In this document: positions 1 to 12,446 of the stretch, piece by piece
How positions within the stretch are numbered: the first letter of the stretch is position 1
Layout: every line of letters begins with the position of its first letter
Assembly (NCBI GenBank): GCA_002633005.1
Contig: NMRA01000398.1
Span: 355,944-419,943, forward strand
DNA: 64,000 bases
Direction of reading: 5' to 3'
DNA from: Phoronis australis
Taxonomy: Eukaryota > Animalia > Phoronida
Notes under the pieces: model-generated
Database searches by the model: none
Told to the model about the DNA's origin: nothing
Seen by the model: only the letters and a program-made list of their open reading frames with translations
Program-made: the position numbers and the translations under genes

Positions 1-1
1 G

Positions 2-1336
2 GTGTTGTCTATCAAAAGCTACTACAGTTATCCATACCACCAAACGGCGGCAAAGATATACACAGCTGACAAGCCCTTCCCCAGTGTCTCTGTGTGTAAT
101 ACTGCTCCCACCACAACGACTCAAATGGAGAATATTTATATGCAAATGTTATCAACCGTATCAACATGTCTATTAAACGACTTCACATTTTATCACGAAA
201 AAAATAAAAAGTATGGAGGCTTTGCAATCATTTATGATAACGTTGACAGAATAGGTGACTACATGTGGAAAATGGAGGATATCATAATTGATTGTCAGTA
301 CGACAGTAAAAAGTGCAACAACAGCAAAATAATTGAGTTTTTAAACCCTTATTATGGTCGATGTTTCACTCTTAACATGGATGACGATTCTTTGAAGAAA
401 ACTGGAGACGAGAACGGACTATCGCTCATCCTGTACTCTTACACTTATAAAACAAGTTTAGAGATGCAGGTAAACCAGTCATTGACGTATTCCCCATTGA
501 TAGATGCCAACTCTCACGGGCTAAGAGTAATTGTGCATAATGAAGGAGAGTTTGTAAATCCGTCGGTGAATTCTTTAAAAATAGCGCCTGGGCTGTCAAC
601 ATCCATTTCGGTTCACCCCATCAAAAAAGTGCGACTCGGTCCACCGTTTGAATCAAAATGTTCCATGAAAACCTATTGGAGTTCTAAAGAAAATTGTCTA
701 CGGGCCTGTGAACAATCGTACGTGGTCGATAGGTGTCACTGCAAAGACTCAGACCTGCCGATAAAACACCACCCTGCTGTGCCATTTTGCGGCAACGTCT
801 CGGCTATCGTCAACTGCACTAAAACAACGTGGTCGAACCAAGTAGATTGTATGTTAAAAGCAAAGGACGAGTTCCAATTTAAATACCACAAGCGCTGTGA
901 CTGCCAGGAAGCTTGCGAAGAGTACAATTTTAAGTTAAGTCATTCTGCGTTTATTTGGCCCAGTGACTACGCACCAGCAGCGTTTTACAGGCTTTATGTC
1001 GAGAATAAGGCATCGTCTATCGCCTACAAGGATATGTCTAAATACAGTATGGAGTTCATGTTGAGGAAAAAATTAATCAATCGCCACTTTGCGCAAGTGA
1101 ATGTTTTCTTCAATAATGACGAAGTTGAAACGATTACCGAGACAGCAAAGTATCCCAATTGGACGTGGAGCCTGATGTCAGAAATCGGAGGTCATTTGGG
1201 CTTTTGGTGCGGCGTTTCTATTCTGACATTGACCGATGCGCTACTTTTCGTGTTGAATGTCATGCTCAGAAGACAAAAATCACGAAGCGTCACCAATGTT
1301 GTCAATGTAGTACAAGTTCAGAATGTTGAAAAATGA
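2..1336 (+). CDS. DEG/ENaC (amiloride-sensitive sodium channel family) subunit, paralogue 1; large final coding exon, 5' end outside window
   Basis: 444-codon open frame with FPSVSVCN post-TM1 motif, YGRCFTLN, GLSLIL, GLRVIVH, Cys-rich thumb (CLRAC...CHC...CDCQEAC) and TM2 SEIGGHLGFWCGVSILTL; TGA at 1334-1336. The frame starts inside TM1, so the GTG at 2 is not the true start. Confidence 0.95.
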   Translation: MLSIKSYYSYPYHQTAAKIYTADKPFPSVSVCNTAPTTTTQMENIYMQMLSTVSTCLLNDFTFYHEKNKKYGGFAIIYDNVDRIGDYMWKMEDIIIDCQYDSKKCNNSKIIEFLNPYYGRCFTLNMDDDSLKKTGDENGLSLILYSYTYKTSLEMQVNQSLTYSPLIDANSHGLRVIVHNEGEFVNPSVNSLKIAPGLSTSISVHPIKKVRLGPPFESKCSMKTYWSSKENCLRACEQSYVVDRCHCKDSDLPIKHHPAVPFCGNVSAIVNCTKTTWSNQVDCMLKAKDEFQFKYHKRCDCQEACEEYNFKLSHSAFIWPSDYAPAAFYRLYVENKASSIAYKDMSKYSMEFMLRKKLINRHFAQVNVFFNNDEVETITETAKYPNWTWSLMSEIGGHLGFWCGVSILTLTDALLFVLNVMLRRQKSRSVTNVVNVVQVQNVEK

Positions 1337-3166
1337 CGCACCCAAACATCGCGTTGTGTGCTCATATTATTTACCTTCATGAATAGAACGAAATATACAT
1401 GATTGCAGTTTAGATATCTTAATGAGGTTAGCAAAGCATTCCAACGTAGAAAGATATTCAGTTTGCTACCTGTCTTCATTTACATGTAGATGTGAAAATG
1501 AACCCTTTGAGTGCTTGGGGGCTAGAACAGCAAAACATACATATCGAGAAGTCACTGTAATTGCTAATAACATCATTTTATATCAGCATTTTGTCAAAAT
1601 TGAGACACTTGTCTATCTACATGGATTCCGCGGCAAATGCGGTGCATGATTTGGATATTCGCCCTCATATGTTCTCAGTGTCTTCATCATGTTGTTTCTG
1701 GACAGAAGAGGTTCCTCGTATGCAATGACGAAACGGTGATCATGGGGTGAAATCATCCAGCATCAAAAATCGAAAATAAAAGACTGGTTGTATTGATAGA
1801 GGGTGTCCCAAAACAGTAGCAGTGAGATTTAAAATTTGTACATCGTAATCCAGATATGATGTTCTCATAAACGTGGCTGGTAACGATAAATACTTCTCAT
1901 GTATGAGTTTAGAAAATATCTCCCTAAATGTGTTTTTCCGTGTCATGTGACGGTTCGCTCATCAAAGGTGTTTGACCAATATTCTGATCTGACTGGCTAC
2001 TGCAAATATGGTCTACTTAGGGACTGAGAGTACTCTGAACAAGCGATAATTGATGCCCACGTAGCTTTATCATGCAAGTGTGTAATGATACGTTTTGTGT
2101 GCAATTTGGGCAAAACTTCATCGATAACAAATCAATGCCAGAACACTTGTACAAACCATCGAAGCTTTTAGGCTGGTGTATCAAGTATTCAAGCGCAAGG
2201 TATCCATTAAAACTGTTTACTTGAACATTAGGATGAATTCAAAGACGAGTCAATTAATGGTCAAGGGAAATATGCGCCTTTTCAAATTCGATTCCGAACA
2301 TAGTGGTGTGTGGCTGTTGATTGTCTGCGTGTGTGCATGTGACATGAAATTAGATCTTGCATATTATTTTTTCATCAGATATGAAGACCCCATAATGAAA
2401 GAGACATTCACTTATATACCGTACAGCATTCTTCGTTGCTTGTAATTTTCATTTACAAAGTAATTAAAACTCCCTGCATTTATTCAGCTGGATAAAAATA
2501 GCAAAATACTTAATGGGTAACGATATTCTATAGTTCAAGACCATTACTATTTTCAAAATACATGTAATGTTATTCCACACAGACAAAAGAAGACTTCAAA
2601 TAACATTAAAGTTGTGTGCCCTAACTATACGTGCATTTAATTAAATGATCTCTCGTAGAATGGATTTTACCACTAGTTAGTTAAGTCGAAACTTACGCCC
2701 AAGTAATTAAAGTTCAAGAAAACCCAAGGTTATTTCAAATATAATTAAAGTTGATGTGAATGTTTTATTTTTGGTGAAGCACCACAGCCTAAAATGGCCA
2801 CCGTTTCGATGCCAGATTACTCATGTATTGTGCGTACTCACCTAGCTGCTGCCATACATGAATGTAATGAGACTTCCGAGGAACCAACCCCTAACTCAAC
2901 TTTAGTTCCGAGTTCATGAATGCGAAGGGAAGAGTATAACTGAAATTGATTGTATTTTCAAACTAGAGCATCATTTCCTTTGAGGCACCATGTTGGATAA
3001 TTATGAATTACCTGTAGACACCATACAATAAGACGCACCCGTTTACAACTTCATCACTTGCAAAAGAATGGCTTGTTCATTCATCCGCACTGAAAGGGAT
3101 TTGTTTCAAATGTAAAAATCACGTTGATATGTACTTTGAAATGCAGAGATAGTGTCTCTCTGTTAC

Positions 3167-4435
3167 AATAAAAAGAGCGACGCGGAGAGTCGAAATGTGC
3201 CCACAAATGCACCGCAAACTGGTTGCTTCTAAGGTTGCTTATTTGTATCATAAATTTACACTAGGTGGCGCAAAAACAACGTCCAATTCATCCAAAAACG
3301 GAAACACGCCGTCTCTTTTGTAATAACAAGTTATTTACATATATTCCTAAAAATCTGTCAAGGAACTTAAGAGAAACAAAGGAAAATGAAAAAATGAAAT
3401 TGCCACTAGGAGGCACAGCGTTCGTTGGATCCGCCTAAAAGTCGTCACTTTGTGCTGCTTTTTTCATATAAATAAACTTACTAAAGTTAATGCGGCAGTG
3501 CTTTTGAAGATGTAAAACAAAACAAAACTACCACTAGGAGGTGCCACACCAGTCGACGTCGCCATCGTCAACCGTGTTCTTCACACTGAGAACGCCACTT
3601 TGCACAATCATCCATAAAACGGTTTGGTTGATAGAAGGGTGGACGCCAAAAACAGACTCCAAAACAGTAAACAATGACCACAAGGTGGAGCAAACTACGT
3701 CGAATGTATCTGAAAACGGGATGATTGCGTCATCACACTAGTAGATGCCTATATGCTAAATTTTATGAAAATCCGCTGAGGACCTTTGAAGATACGAAGG
3801 TAAACGTAAAAAACTAAAATTGCCACTAGGGGGCACACCGCTGGGCAGATCCGTCTGAAAGTCGTTATCGCCCATTGTCAACAACATATAAATACCCATG
3901 CTAAATTTTTTAAATAACCTACAAACGGTTTAGGAGATACAACAATGAGTTAAAAAAATGCCACTAAGAACGCCACAGTAGGCCTAGTTAAAGTCGTCGG
4001 AAAATCATCAAGATCCGTTTTCTTCACAGCAAGAACATACACGCCAATTTTCACAATCGTCCTTAGAGCGGTTTGGTTAATAGATGGCCACTAGGTGGGC
4101 CCAACTACGCCATATCCATCCGAATAGCGTCGCTCTACTAATAGATACATGTACCTACATGTATATGCCAAACTTTATGAGAATAAGTTTAGGATCTTTG
4201 AAGATACAAAGGTAAACGTATAAAAACAAAATTGCCACTAGGGGCACACCAGTAGTCGGATTCGACCGAAATTTTGCTCATGCCCTCCCATCCATGAAAG
4301 AAACACCTGTGCAAATTTTATGAAGACACATCAAAGGGTTTTGAAGATCGACTCCGGACGGACGCTCATAACAATGAAAGTAACAAATCGTTGACAATTA
4401 TGGCGAAATCGATGTGTCAGTTGCCGCACCGTGGA
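3167..4435 (+). mobile_element. Non-autonomous element with central ~127-147 bp tandem units (Helentron/HINE-like organisation)
   Basis: Eight diverged units, each with a CCACTAGGNGGCRC-type core, followed by a GGACGGACG microsatellite remnant near 4356; related units at 5030-5256. Confidence 0.55.
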
Positions 4436-4656
4436 ATCGAATGCTAGTACCTCTTTAATCGCAACATACATGTAGCTTTAACTTGCAGTCTTTAATTACG
4501 GATTATTTTCTACATTTTAAATGGTAACAGTGCAGAGGATTATTTCAGCGAATGTCTCACGGAGGAATGACGTAAAATCACAGAAACGCAGTCTGTGTAT
4601 TTTGTTGTTTTACAAACGTGGTCAAAGCCAAATATAAGAAATCTTAACCACTTAGT

Positions 4657-5600
4657 AGGAACCATGAAAAGGCGTTTTTCTACATGTACCAACTTGCTCT
4701 CGGTTTCAGGGGACAACTGAGCAATCTACTTACTGTAGGGGCTTGAAAATTTTGGTCGCAGTGAGTATACAGATCTGTTTGAAGTCCAGTGTTACAAGGG
4801 GTGGGGTTAAGTTAAGTATCACGTTACATTCGTTACTAAGGGTCGGATTTCTTAGTTAATGTTTAAATGATTTAATAAAATAGAACTATGAAACTCAATA
4901 TTTGCAAAATCGCTGATGATCCTCCAAAATTTTAATTTGCACCAAAATTATATTCATTCCACTGAGTTTTTTCAAATCTTAAATTTTGGCCGAAATAGTA
5001 GCAATTTCAACGTGAAACATGCCAATTTTAACCATCATCCTTAGAGCGGTTTGGTTAATAGATGGTTGGACGCAAAAAAGCAGACTCGAAAACAGCAAAA
5101 GTGGCTACTAGGTGGCGCAAACTACGTCATATCTATCCAAAAACGGAGAATAGCGTCACTCTACTAATAGATACCTATATGGCAAACTTTATGAAAATGC
5201 GTTTAGGATCTTTGTGGATACAGAGGTAAACGTAAAAAAACACAATTGCCACTAGGAACCATGGAAAGGCGTTTTTCTACCAACTTGCTCTCGGTTTCAG
5301 GGGACAACTGAGCAATCTACTTACTGTAGGGGCTTAACAAATTTTGGTCGCAGTGAGTTTACAAAACTGGTAGAAGTCCAGTGTTACAGGGGGTGGAGCT
5401 AAGATAAGCATCATGTTACCTTTGTAACTAAACATCGGATTTCTTAGATAATGTTTAAATGATTTAATAGAATGAAAATATGAAACCCCAATATTTGTAA
5501 ACTCGCTGATGAACCCCAAAATTTTTTGCACCAAAAATATACTCATTCTACTGAGTTTTTTCAAATCTTAAATTTTGGCCGAAATTGTATCAATTTCCAA
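4657..5600 (+). repeat. Internal direct repeat of ~340 bp (4657-5005 and 5254-5600; third copy ~12042-12430)
   Basis: aggaaccatg...ggcgtttttctac...tttggccgaaat is repeated. Confidence 0.8.
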
Positions 5601-8600
5601 GACAAACATGCAAATCCTGTTATTTAATGTTAATTAATACGATATCCAGTTTGGAATTTTCAGCCCCAAAACTCCGCTGTCAGAAATGAAGGTGTCAAAT
5701 ATCCTTAAAAACTGAGTCTTCATTTTTGGCTCTCGTGCTAAATGGCCTTAAATGTAATTTCCGGGCATGCTTTTGTAGAAAGAATAAATAAATAGGCAGA
5801 CTTTGTAAGCTCGTGCGAAAAACTGCATGCATCTGGAAAATACGGAGTACATTGAGCTCCGTGAGCGATCACGACAGCTGGCCATTGCTCTCATGCACAT
5901 CCGCAACCATAAAGTATTTTAAAATATGTTGTTACGTGGGTCCGTTCGGCCTTGGCGACCGGTTACTTCGAGGTTGGCAAAAGAAGTAAGGTTCCCCGCT
6001 GACGCCACTATTCATATAATTAGTAACATGGGATCCCCACATCAAGCCAAGTCCACGATACCTTTAATTCTCTTATATCCTTGAGCAAACGATTGGCCGA
6101 GGCCATTTTTGTTACCTGTAGCAAACAATATTACTGCTCATTTCCAGTTAATGGAATAATGTCTTCGTTCACATTTAGGGACTGTCACCCATAAACTGGA
6201 ATTGCTGATCCACAGCGCTCCTTATCCAGTTTTTTTAATGTTGCCCCACCCCACGGGGTGCGCTAATGATGGAATCAACTTAATATATATTTCTCTATTT
6301 GGGAAATCGTGCGACCTTTATGTTAAGGCAGGTCACCTCTTGGAGATCAATTTTGATGGATTTAACTGTCATTTGTTTCCATTGTTGATAATCTGACATA
6401 TCAGGAAGATCTCTCTCTCGGTAAATGCCCCTCCTATAAATCTGGCACTGTCGACTACATACAAATGCACGTATTGTCATGTGAAGCACAACAGCATCAA
6501 GGCATACAGCTCGTGCAACCAAAGACGTACATGTAAATTGGTATTGAAAAACACAAACCTTCCCACTGGTATCTACGGCTTAAACTGTGAATGACATGAC
6601 GACAATTAGTGAATTACACAAGACAATGAATGCCGATGATTTTTAACGTTAAAAGGATCGATAGTTTTCCCAAGAATTCCAAGTGTTAATTTTGCTACAG
6701 ATCATTTATAGAAATTCATTGCTGATGAAGAAAAAGACACTTGTGGAAGATTCATGCGTCGAAAAGACTGCCGGGGATTTTTGAGCCTGATGAGTTTAGG
6801 TGTATACATGCATTTATCCTATGGCCATGAAATACGGGTCGTATTGTGTGGTTTGATATGGAAGAACTACATGTACGTTTCCGTACTCAACGCGCGTTGA
6901 ATACGGATGCCTTCATTCTCGCCAAAAATCAATTTCGAGTTCAGTTCCGTGCGCATGAGTTCTGAAAACTAAACAAGAAAGTGAAATAAAAATATCGTTG
7001 ACAATGTTTCTAAATATACCGGTACTGTGAAATTTTGCATCTGAGTAGGACACATAAATCACCAAAAGTCTCCAACTTGCCACAATATATTTGGAATTAG
7101 GAAAGCAATATACATGTACGTTACAAATGCACATGGTCACCTATTGCACTACGCCTGTTGAGGTTCTTACGGTCAAATATGAGTCAAATTTGTTCTCAAA
7201 ACAGTCAAAATACGTCGAGCCCAAAATCAAAACGGCAACTTCTGTAAACACTGTATTTTTGTCAATTTTACGATAAATTTCGGAATACTTTCTACATAAG
7301 AATGATAAGAACCGAGTGCAAGGAGCATTTTTAAGAAGCGTCTGAACGTGCATCAGCCACAACGTCCTGCACAGATATTACTCAACGAAGTCAAGAAAAA
7401 TCGTCGGAAATGTAAGTTAACTTTAACTTAGAAATAGATTTAGCTCAAACAATGACAAAAATACCGAAAATAGCAGATATGCACTCCAAGCCTGTAGCTT
7501 CTGTAAATTACAACTTGACTACCGTGTCATGCAGGCTGCAAAAAAAATCATTCACAAAAAATTGCGTCCACGTGTACGTGTCACGCGATTTGCGATCATC
7601 ATTGGTAAAACATGACTAACGACACCCAAAACAAGAGGTGCAATCAGTGTAATAGGATAATTCGCCCTCGTTCAATTACTTTTGCATATCACGAATCTCG
7701 ATAGAATAACCATTGGTACAAACACGTACTTTGTATACATGTAACCTACTGTATATGTCTAGCAAATGAGGGTAAACACAAATGTCTACGATTTTAGAAT
7801 TGCAAATTTAACTTGTAAACTGTAAGAGGCTACCACTGACTTGAATGAACCGGAATTCACGTCAAATAAACCTGAACATTTTCTTGAGCCGTGGAGGCCG
7901 CTAAACTCCTCGTGGGATACATCCCGCACCGTGCTCTATCAAACGCCTATAAAATATTTGTGTACATACTTAGGAGAATCGTCTAAAATCCATCAAGTAA
8001 TTTACTGAGTTGAGAAACGTCTCGCAACTAAATGTAATTAGCTACCTGCAGTTTCAAAGGGAGTGCTGCCGTTTCAGTGTTGAAACTCCCTAATTTGCGA
8101 AGTCTTTAATGAAATGATCTGAAACAAGCATATCAACTAAATCAACAAGTGTATCATGTTCTTTTCTGTTGGAATTTTGTTCATGAGGAAGATATTGCCT
8201 AAGTTCACAATGTCGTTTCCATACTGCAGCCTAGAGCCGTTTTCGTTTCGACGTCTTGCTTCAAAATGCTAAGCGGTGCAGCACCAGAAAAAACCCAGCG
8301 GCATGAAAAGGATGCAAAATTGCCGTCTAGTGTAAAGGACTGTACGAGGTAAACATTAAGGTTTTGAAGTTAGTACAGACTGACCTTCGGCTGTGGTTTC
8401 CTATAACGATGGAATTCTACAATGCTACAGCGTGTTCATTTAGAATGTTACGGCTGAAGGAGTTGAGGTGACGCTATTTATCAAGACAGGTTGGTGCGTA
8501 TTGGCGCAAAAAGGCAAGCTACTGCGGTAATATCCATGGATGGACATACATGTATTTATCGAGTTTCTTGTGTGAAAGAGTTATATACCTTCCATGTTTA

Positions 8601-8789
8601 TGTCCAATGCCATGCTAAGAAATTTCTTAGTGAAAGGTAAGTGAATTTAGCAAAAAACTATTATGAATTCACACCAAACCTTTTGTTTTAAAACTCACAA
8701 ATTTAAATGGGCCATTTTACCGAAACGTTTCCTTGCTTGCCCATCTTTTTCTTTGTTTGCCTAACTAAAGCAATAATAACTGGTGGTGT

Positions 8790-10893
8790 CACATTCCCGA
8801 CAGTCCCCGTTTGAAGTTATGCCCTTGAAGAAATGTGTTGAAGACGGTAGCGTAGCTGACGAGTGTTTCATCTGCCAAGGGAAATTGTCGATTTTTGAAC
8901 ACATAACAATCTACGTGAGGACGCTGACTAGGAAGTCCGATTCGACGCTATTACGTATGGTGACTAGTCAGATTGCGGCGCAGGAATAGATGCTGTTTAG
9001 CACGAGTGCCATTCTCCAGTCCAGTATGAAAGTTCTGAATCCCAAAATTAACTCTGGATAGGGCAGTGAAGTGCATACCACCAAATCCTGGTGACATGGC
9101 GTTGATATTTGCAGCACTAATCTGGTCACATGAGAACGCTGCGAAGGAACGTGGGAGTAACGCATCTTTCATGGAGAGTGCTCTCAATGAAATATCTTGC
9201 CCACGTAAAACCTTTAAGGCATCAGTGTATTTAGCGCCTGTAACTATGGAAGTTTAGTCCAGTTAAGAATTTCGCTTTGAACGTTGACAATGCACTCACC
9301 GGACTCTATACCATCTGTCAAAACGTCACCTGTTCAGGAGACAAGTCTTGGGAAAGAATGATGGACTAAAGGCAAACGTGCGTGGTTTGGGCGTGTGTCG
9401 AGAATGTATAAATCGGAAGTGAGCATTAAATATATAGGGAGTGATTTTATTGCTTCCTTTTACGCCTTCTAATGGCCTAAGAGTGTCAAAAAGTTAGGTG
9501 CAACGCAACTATTTAGTCTCATTTTTTTCTTACAGGAGGCATATTTCAAAATATGGAGCTGTATACCTAAACAGTGAATGTATTTCTCAAGATCAGTCAA
9601 CTCGAAATGTTTGGATGTTACATCTAGGAACGGATCCATGATTTTAAGTTCGGGGGGGGCAGGCAGAGTATCGTCCATGATAGACATTCGCACCCCCGAA
9701 GTGCCAAATAGAATATGAAAGAATGTTAGGGTTCCCATGATATCGTTACCCCGCCCCAAACCCGTCACTGAGCTCGAATTGGTGAAAGGTCCAGAAGATT
9801 TCAACACACTAACCTGTATTCAGTCTACAAACACACACCAAAACCTATTAGCATCGGTCAGTGATGACCTGCGCTCACCACCATCCACGGGAGAATGTGT
9901 GACACAAAAATAATAAATTTCGATTTGGATTATTGCAACTACAAAAGCTGCTCTCAACCCTTGTCAGATGAAAATTGACTTATGGTCTTGAGAATATGTT
10001 GGTGAATAGAATGACAAGTCAAAATATGAAGCCTTGTTCAAAACAGTGGTGTGATCTGTGAGTTTTTTAGAGACCTAGCATTGAACCTTGCTTTGACAGA
10101 GGAACAATTTGAGATCATTTTGATAAGTTAAACAATAAGTGGTCTTACAATTTCTGAGGTGACGAAACTTGGTTAATAGAGAATTGAGAGTGCGTCATTG
10201 TTGAGAACGTTTATTTCAAGTTGATCTGTCAAATAATTCCAATGCGTTGAAAATTGTCTCTAGTAATGTTGAATTACCAGTTAGAAACACTTCTTGTTTG
10301 AGTAAAGAAAAAGGTGAGACCCTTTTTTGTATCAGTGACTGCTCTAACTCAAAAGATAGCTTATTGGACGAATAGACGATGGAACTGCCTCTTTAGGAAA
10401 ACCACTTACAACATCAGCACACATGTATCAGGCGGTCCCTTTGGATATCATATCTAACACCTGACAACTTCTTCCTCAATCGTTCATTCCGTTTCCATCG
10501 CAATATTAGTGATTTATGCTACCAGATTTCACAGGTCGGCATTTGCAACACCTTCTGACTGTCAGCAGAATAGTGCAATGACTGGACTTTTCCTTCTACT
10601 CTATGTCAAAATAAAGCTGGCTTGTTAGGCCGAATCGAGGTAAGGAATCCCATACGATGTGTTTCCTACTTTCGTTTGTCTTGTGAATGTTGCGTTCGCC
10701 AATAGGGCCGTCCTGGATTCCACGGCGACACTCGAATCTCGCTGTATTTACCCGCAATGCCATAAAAATCAGCCAGTTTTCTCCGTTGCATTACTCGATA
10801 TATTCGTCCTACCGATGCTAAAGAAGTATTACTGCTGTACCGAGGGCTGCTACTCCGATGTGAGAATGTTTGATAAACTGAATAAATGCCTGT
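8790..10893 (-). pseudogene. Decayed intronless ORF resembling herpesvirus major capsid protein (candidate endogenous viral element), copy 1
   Basis: Long frames broken by a few stops and frameshifts, with collinear motifs VLNNDAL (~10190), EIYYFCV (~9910), QISAANINAMSPGFGGMHFTALSRVNF (~9045-9125), RAKQHLFL (~8990) and LPSQRPHVD (~8920). Resemblance judged from memory of HSV-1 VP5. Confidence 0.55.
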
Positions 10894-10894
10894 N

Positions 10895-12430
10895 GAGAAC
10901 GCCACTTTGCACAATCACCCATAAAACGGTTTGGTTGATATAAGGGTGGACGCCAAAAACAGACTCCAAAACAGTAAACAATGACCACAAGGTGAAGCAA
11001 ACTACAGTACGTACAGTACTTCAAATCTATCTGAAAACGGGATGATTGCGTCATCGCACTAGTAGATGCCTATATGCTAAATTTTATGAAAATCCGCTGA
11101 GGACCTTTGAAGATACGGAGGTAAACGTGAAAAACTAAAATTGCCACTAGGGGGCACACCGCTGGGCAGATCCGTCTGAAATTCGTCATCGCCCATTGTC
11201 AACAACATATAAATACCCTTGCTAAATTTTTAAATAACCTACAAACGTTTTAGGAGATACAACAATGAGTTCAAAAATGCCACTAAGAACGCCACAGTAG
11301 GCCTAGTTAAAGTCGTCGGAAAATCATCAAGATCCGTTTCATCACAGCAAGAACATACACGCCAATTTTAACAATTGTCCTTAGAGCGGTTTGGTTAATA
11401 GATGGATGGACGCCAAAAAGCAGGATCAAAAACAGCAAAATGGCCACTAGGTGGGCCCAACTACGCCATATCCATCCGAAAACGGGAGGATAGCGTCACT
11501 CGACTAATAGATACCTACATGTACATGTATATGCCAAACTTTATGAGAGTACGTTTAGGATCTTTGAAGATACAGAGGTAAACGTATAAAAACAAATATG
11601 CCACTAGGGGCACACCAGTAGTCGGATGCGACCGAAATTTTGCTCATGCCCCCCATCCATGAAAGAAACACATGTGCAAATTTTATGAAGACACATCAAA
11701 GGGTTTTGGAGATAGAGCAGCGGACGCAGGATCGACTCCGGAGGGACGCTCATAACAATAAAAGTAACAAATCGTTGACAATTATGGCGAAAGAGATGTG
11801 TCAGTTGCCGCACCGTGGAATCGAATCCTAGTACCTCTTTAATCGCAACATACATTTAGCTTTAACTTGCAGTCTTTAATTACGGATTATTTTCTACATT
11901 TTTAATGGTAACAGTGCTGGGGATTATTTCAGTGAATGTCTCACGGAGGAATGACGCAAAATCACAAAAACGCAGTCTGTGTATTTTGTTGTTTTACAAA
12001 CGTGGTCAAAGCCAAATATAAGAAATCTTAACCACTTAGTTGGAACCATGGAAAGGCGTTTTTCTACCAACTTGCTCTCGGTTTCAGGCGACAACTGAGC
12101 AATCTACTTACTGTAGGGGCTTAACAATTTTTGGTCGCAGTGAGTGTACAGAACTGGTAGAAATCCAGTGTTACAGAGAGTGGAGCTAAGATAAGCATCA
12201 TGTTACCTTTGTAACTAAACATCGGATTTCTTAGATAATGTTTAAATGATGTATTAAAATAGAACTATGAAACCCCAATCTTTGTAAACTCGCTGATGAT
12301 CCCCAAAATGTTTTGCACCAAAAATATACTCATTCTACTGAGTTTTTTCAAATCTTAATTTTTGGCCGAAATGGTATCAATTTCCAAGACAAACATGCAA
12401 ATCCTGTTATTTCATATTAATTAATACGTT
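10895..12430 (+). repeat. Duplicate of the 3589-5640 block (tandem-unit element plus adjacent repeat)
   Basis: Starts gagaacgccactttgcacaatca, as at 3588, immediately after the n at 10894; near-identical throughout. Confidence 0.85.
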
Positions 12431-12446
12431 ATCCTGTTTGCTATTA

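Noticed and set aside
3258-4250. Regularly spaced short motif superficially like a CRISPR array
   Set aside because: Eukaryotic context, intervening sequences homologous to each other, units of ~140 bp and no cas genes.
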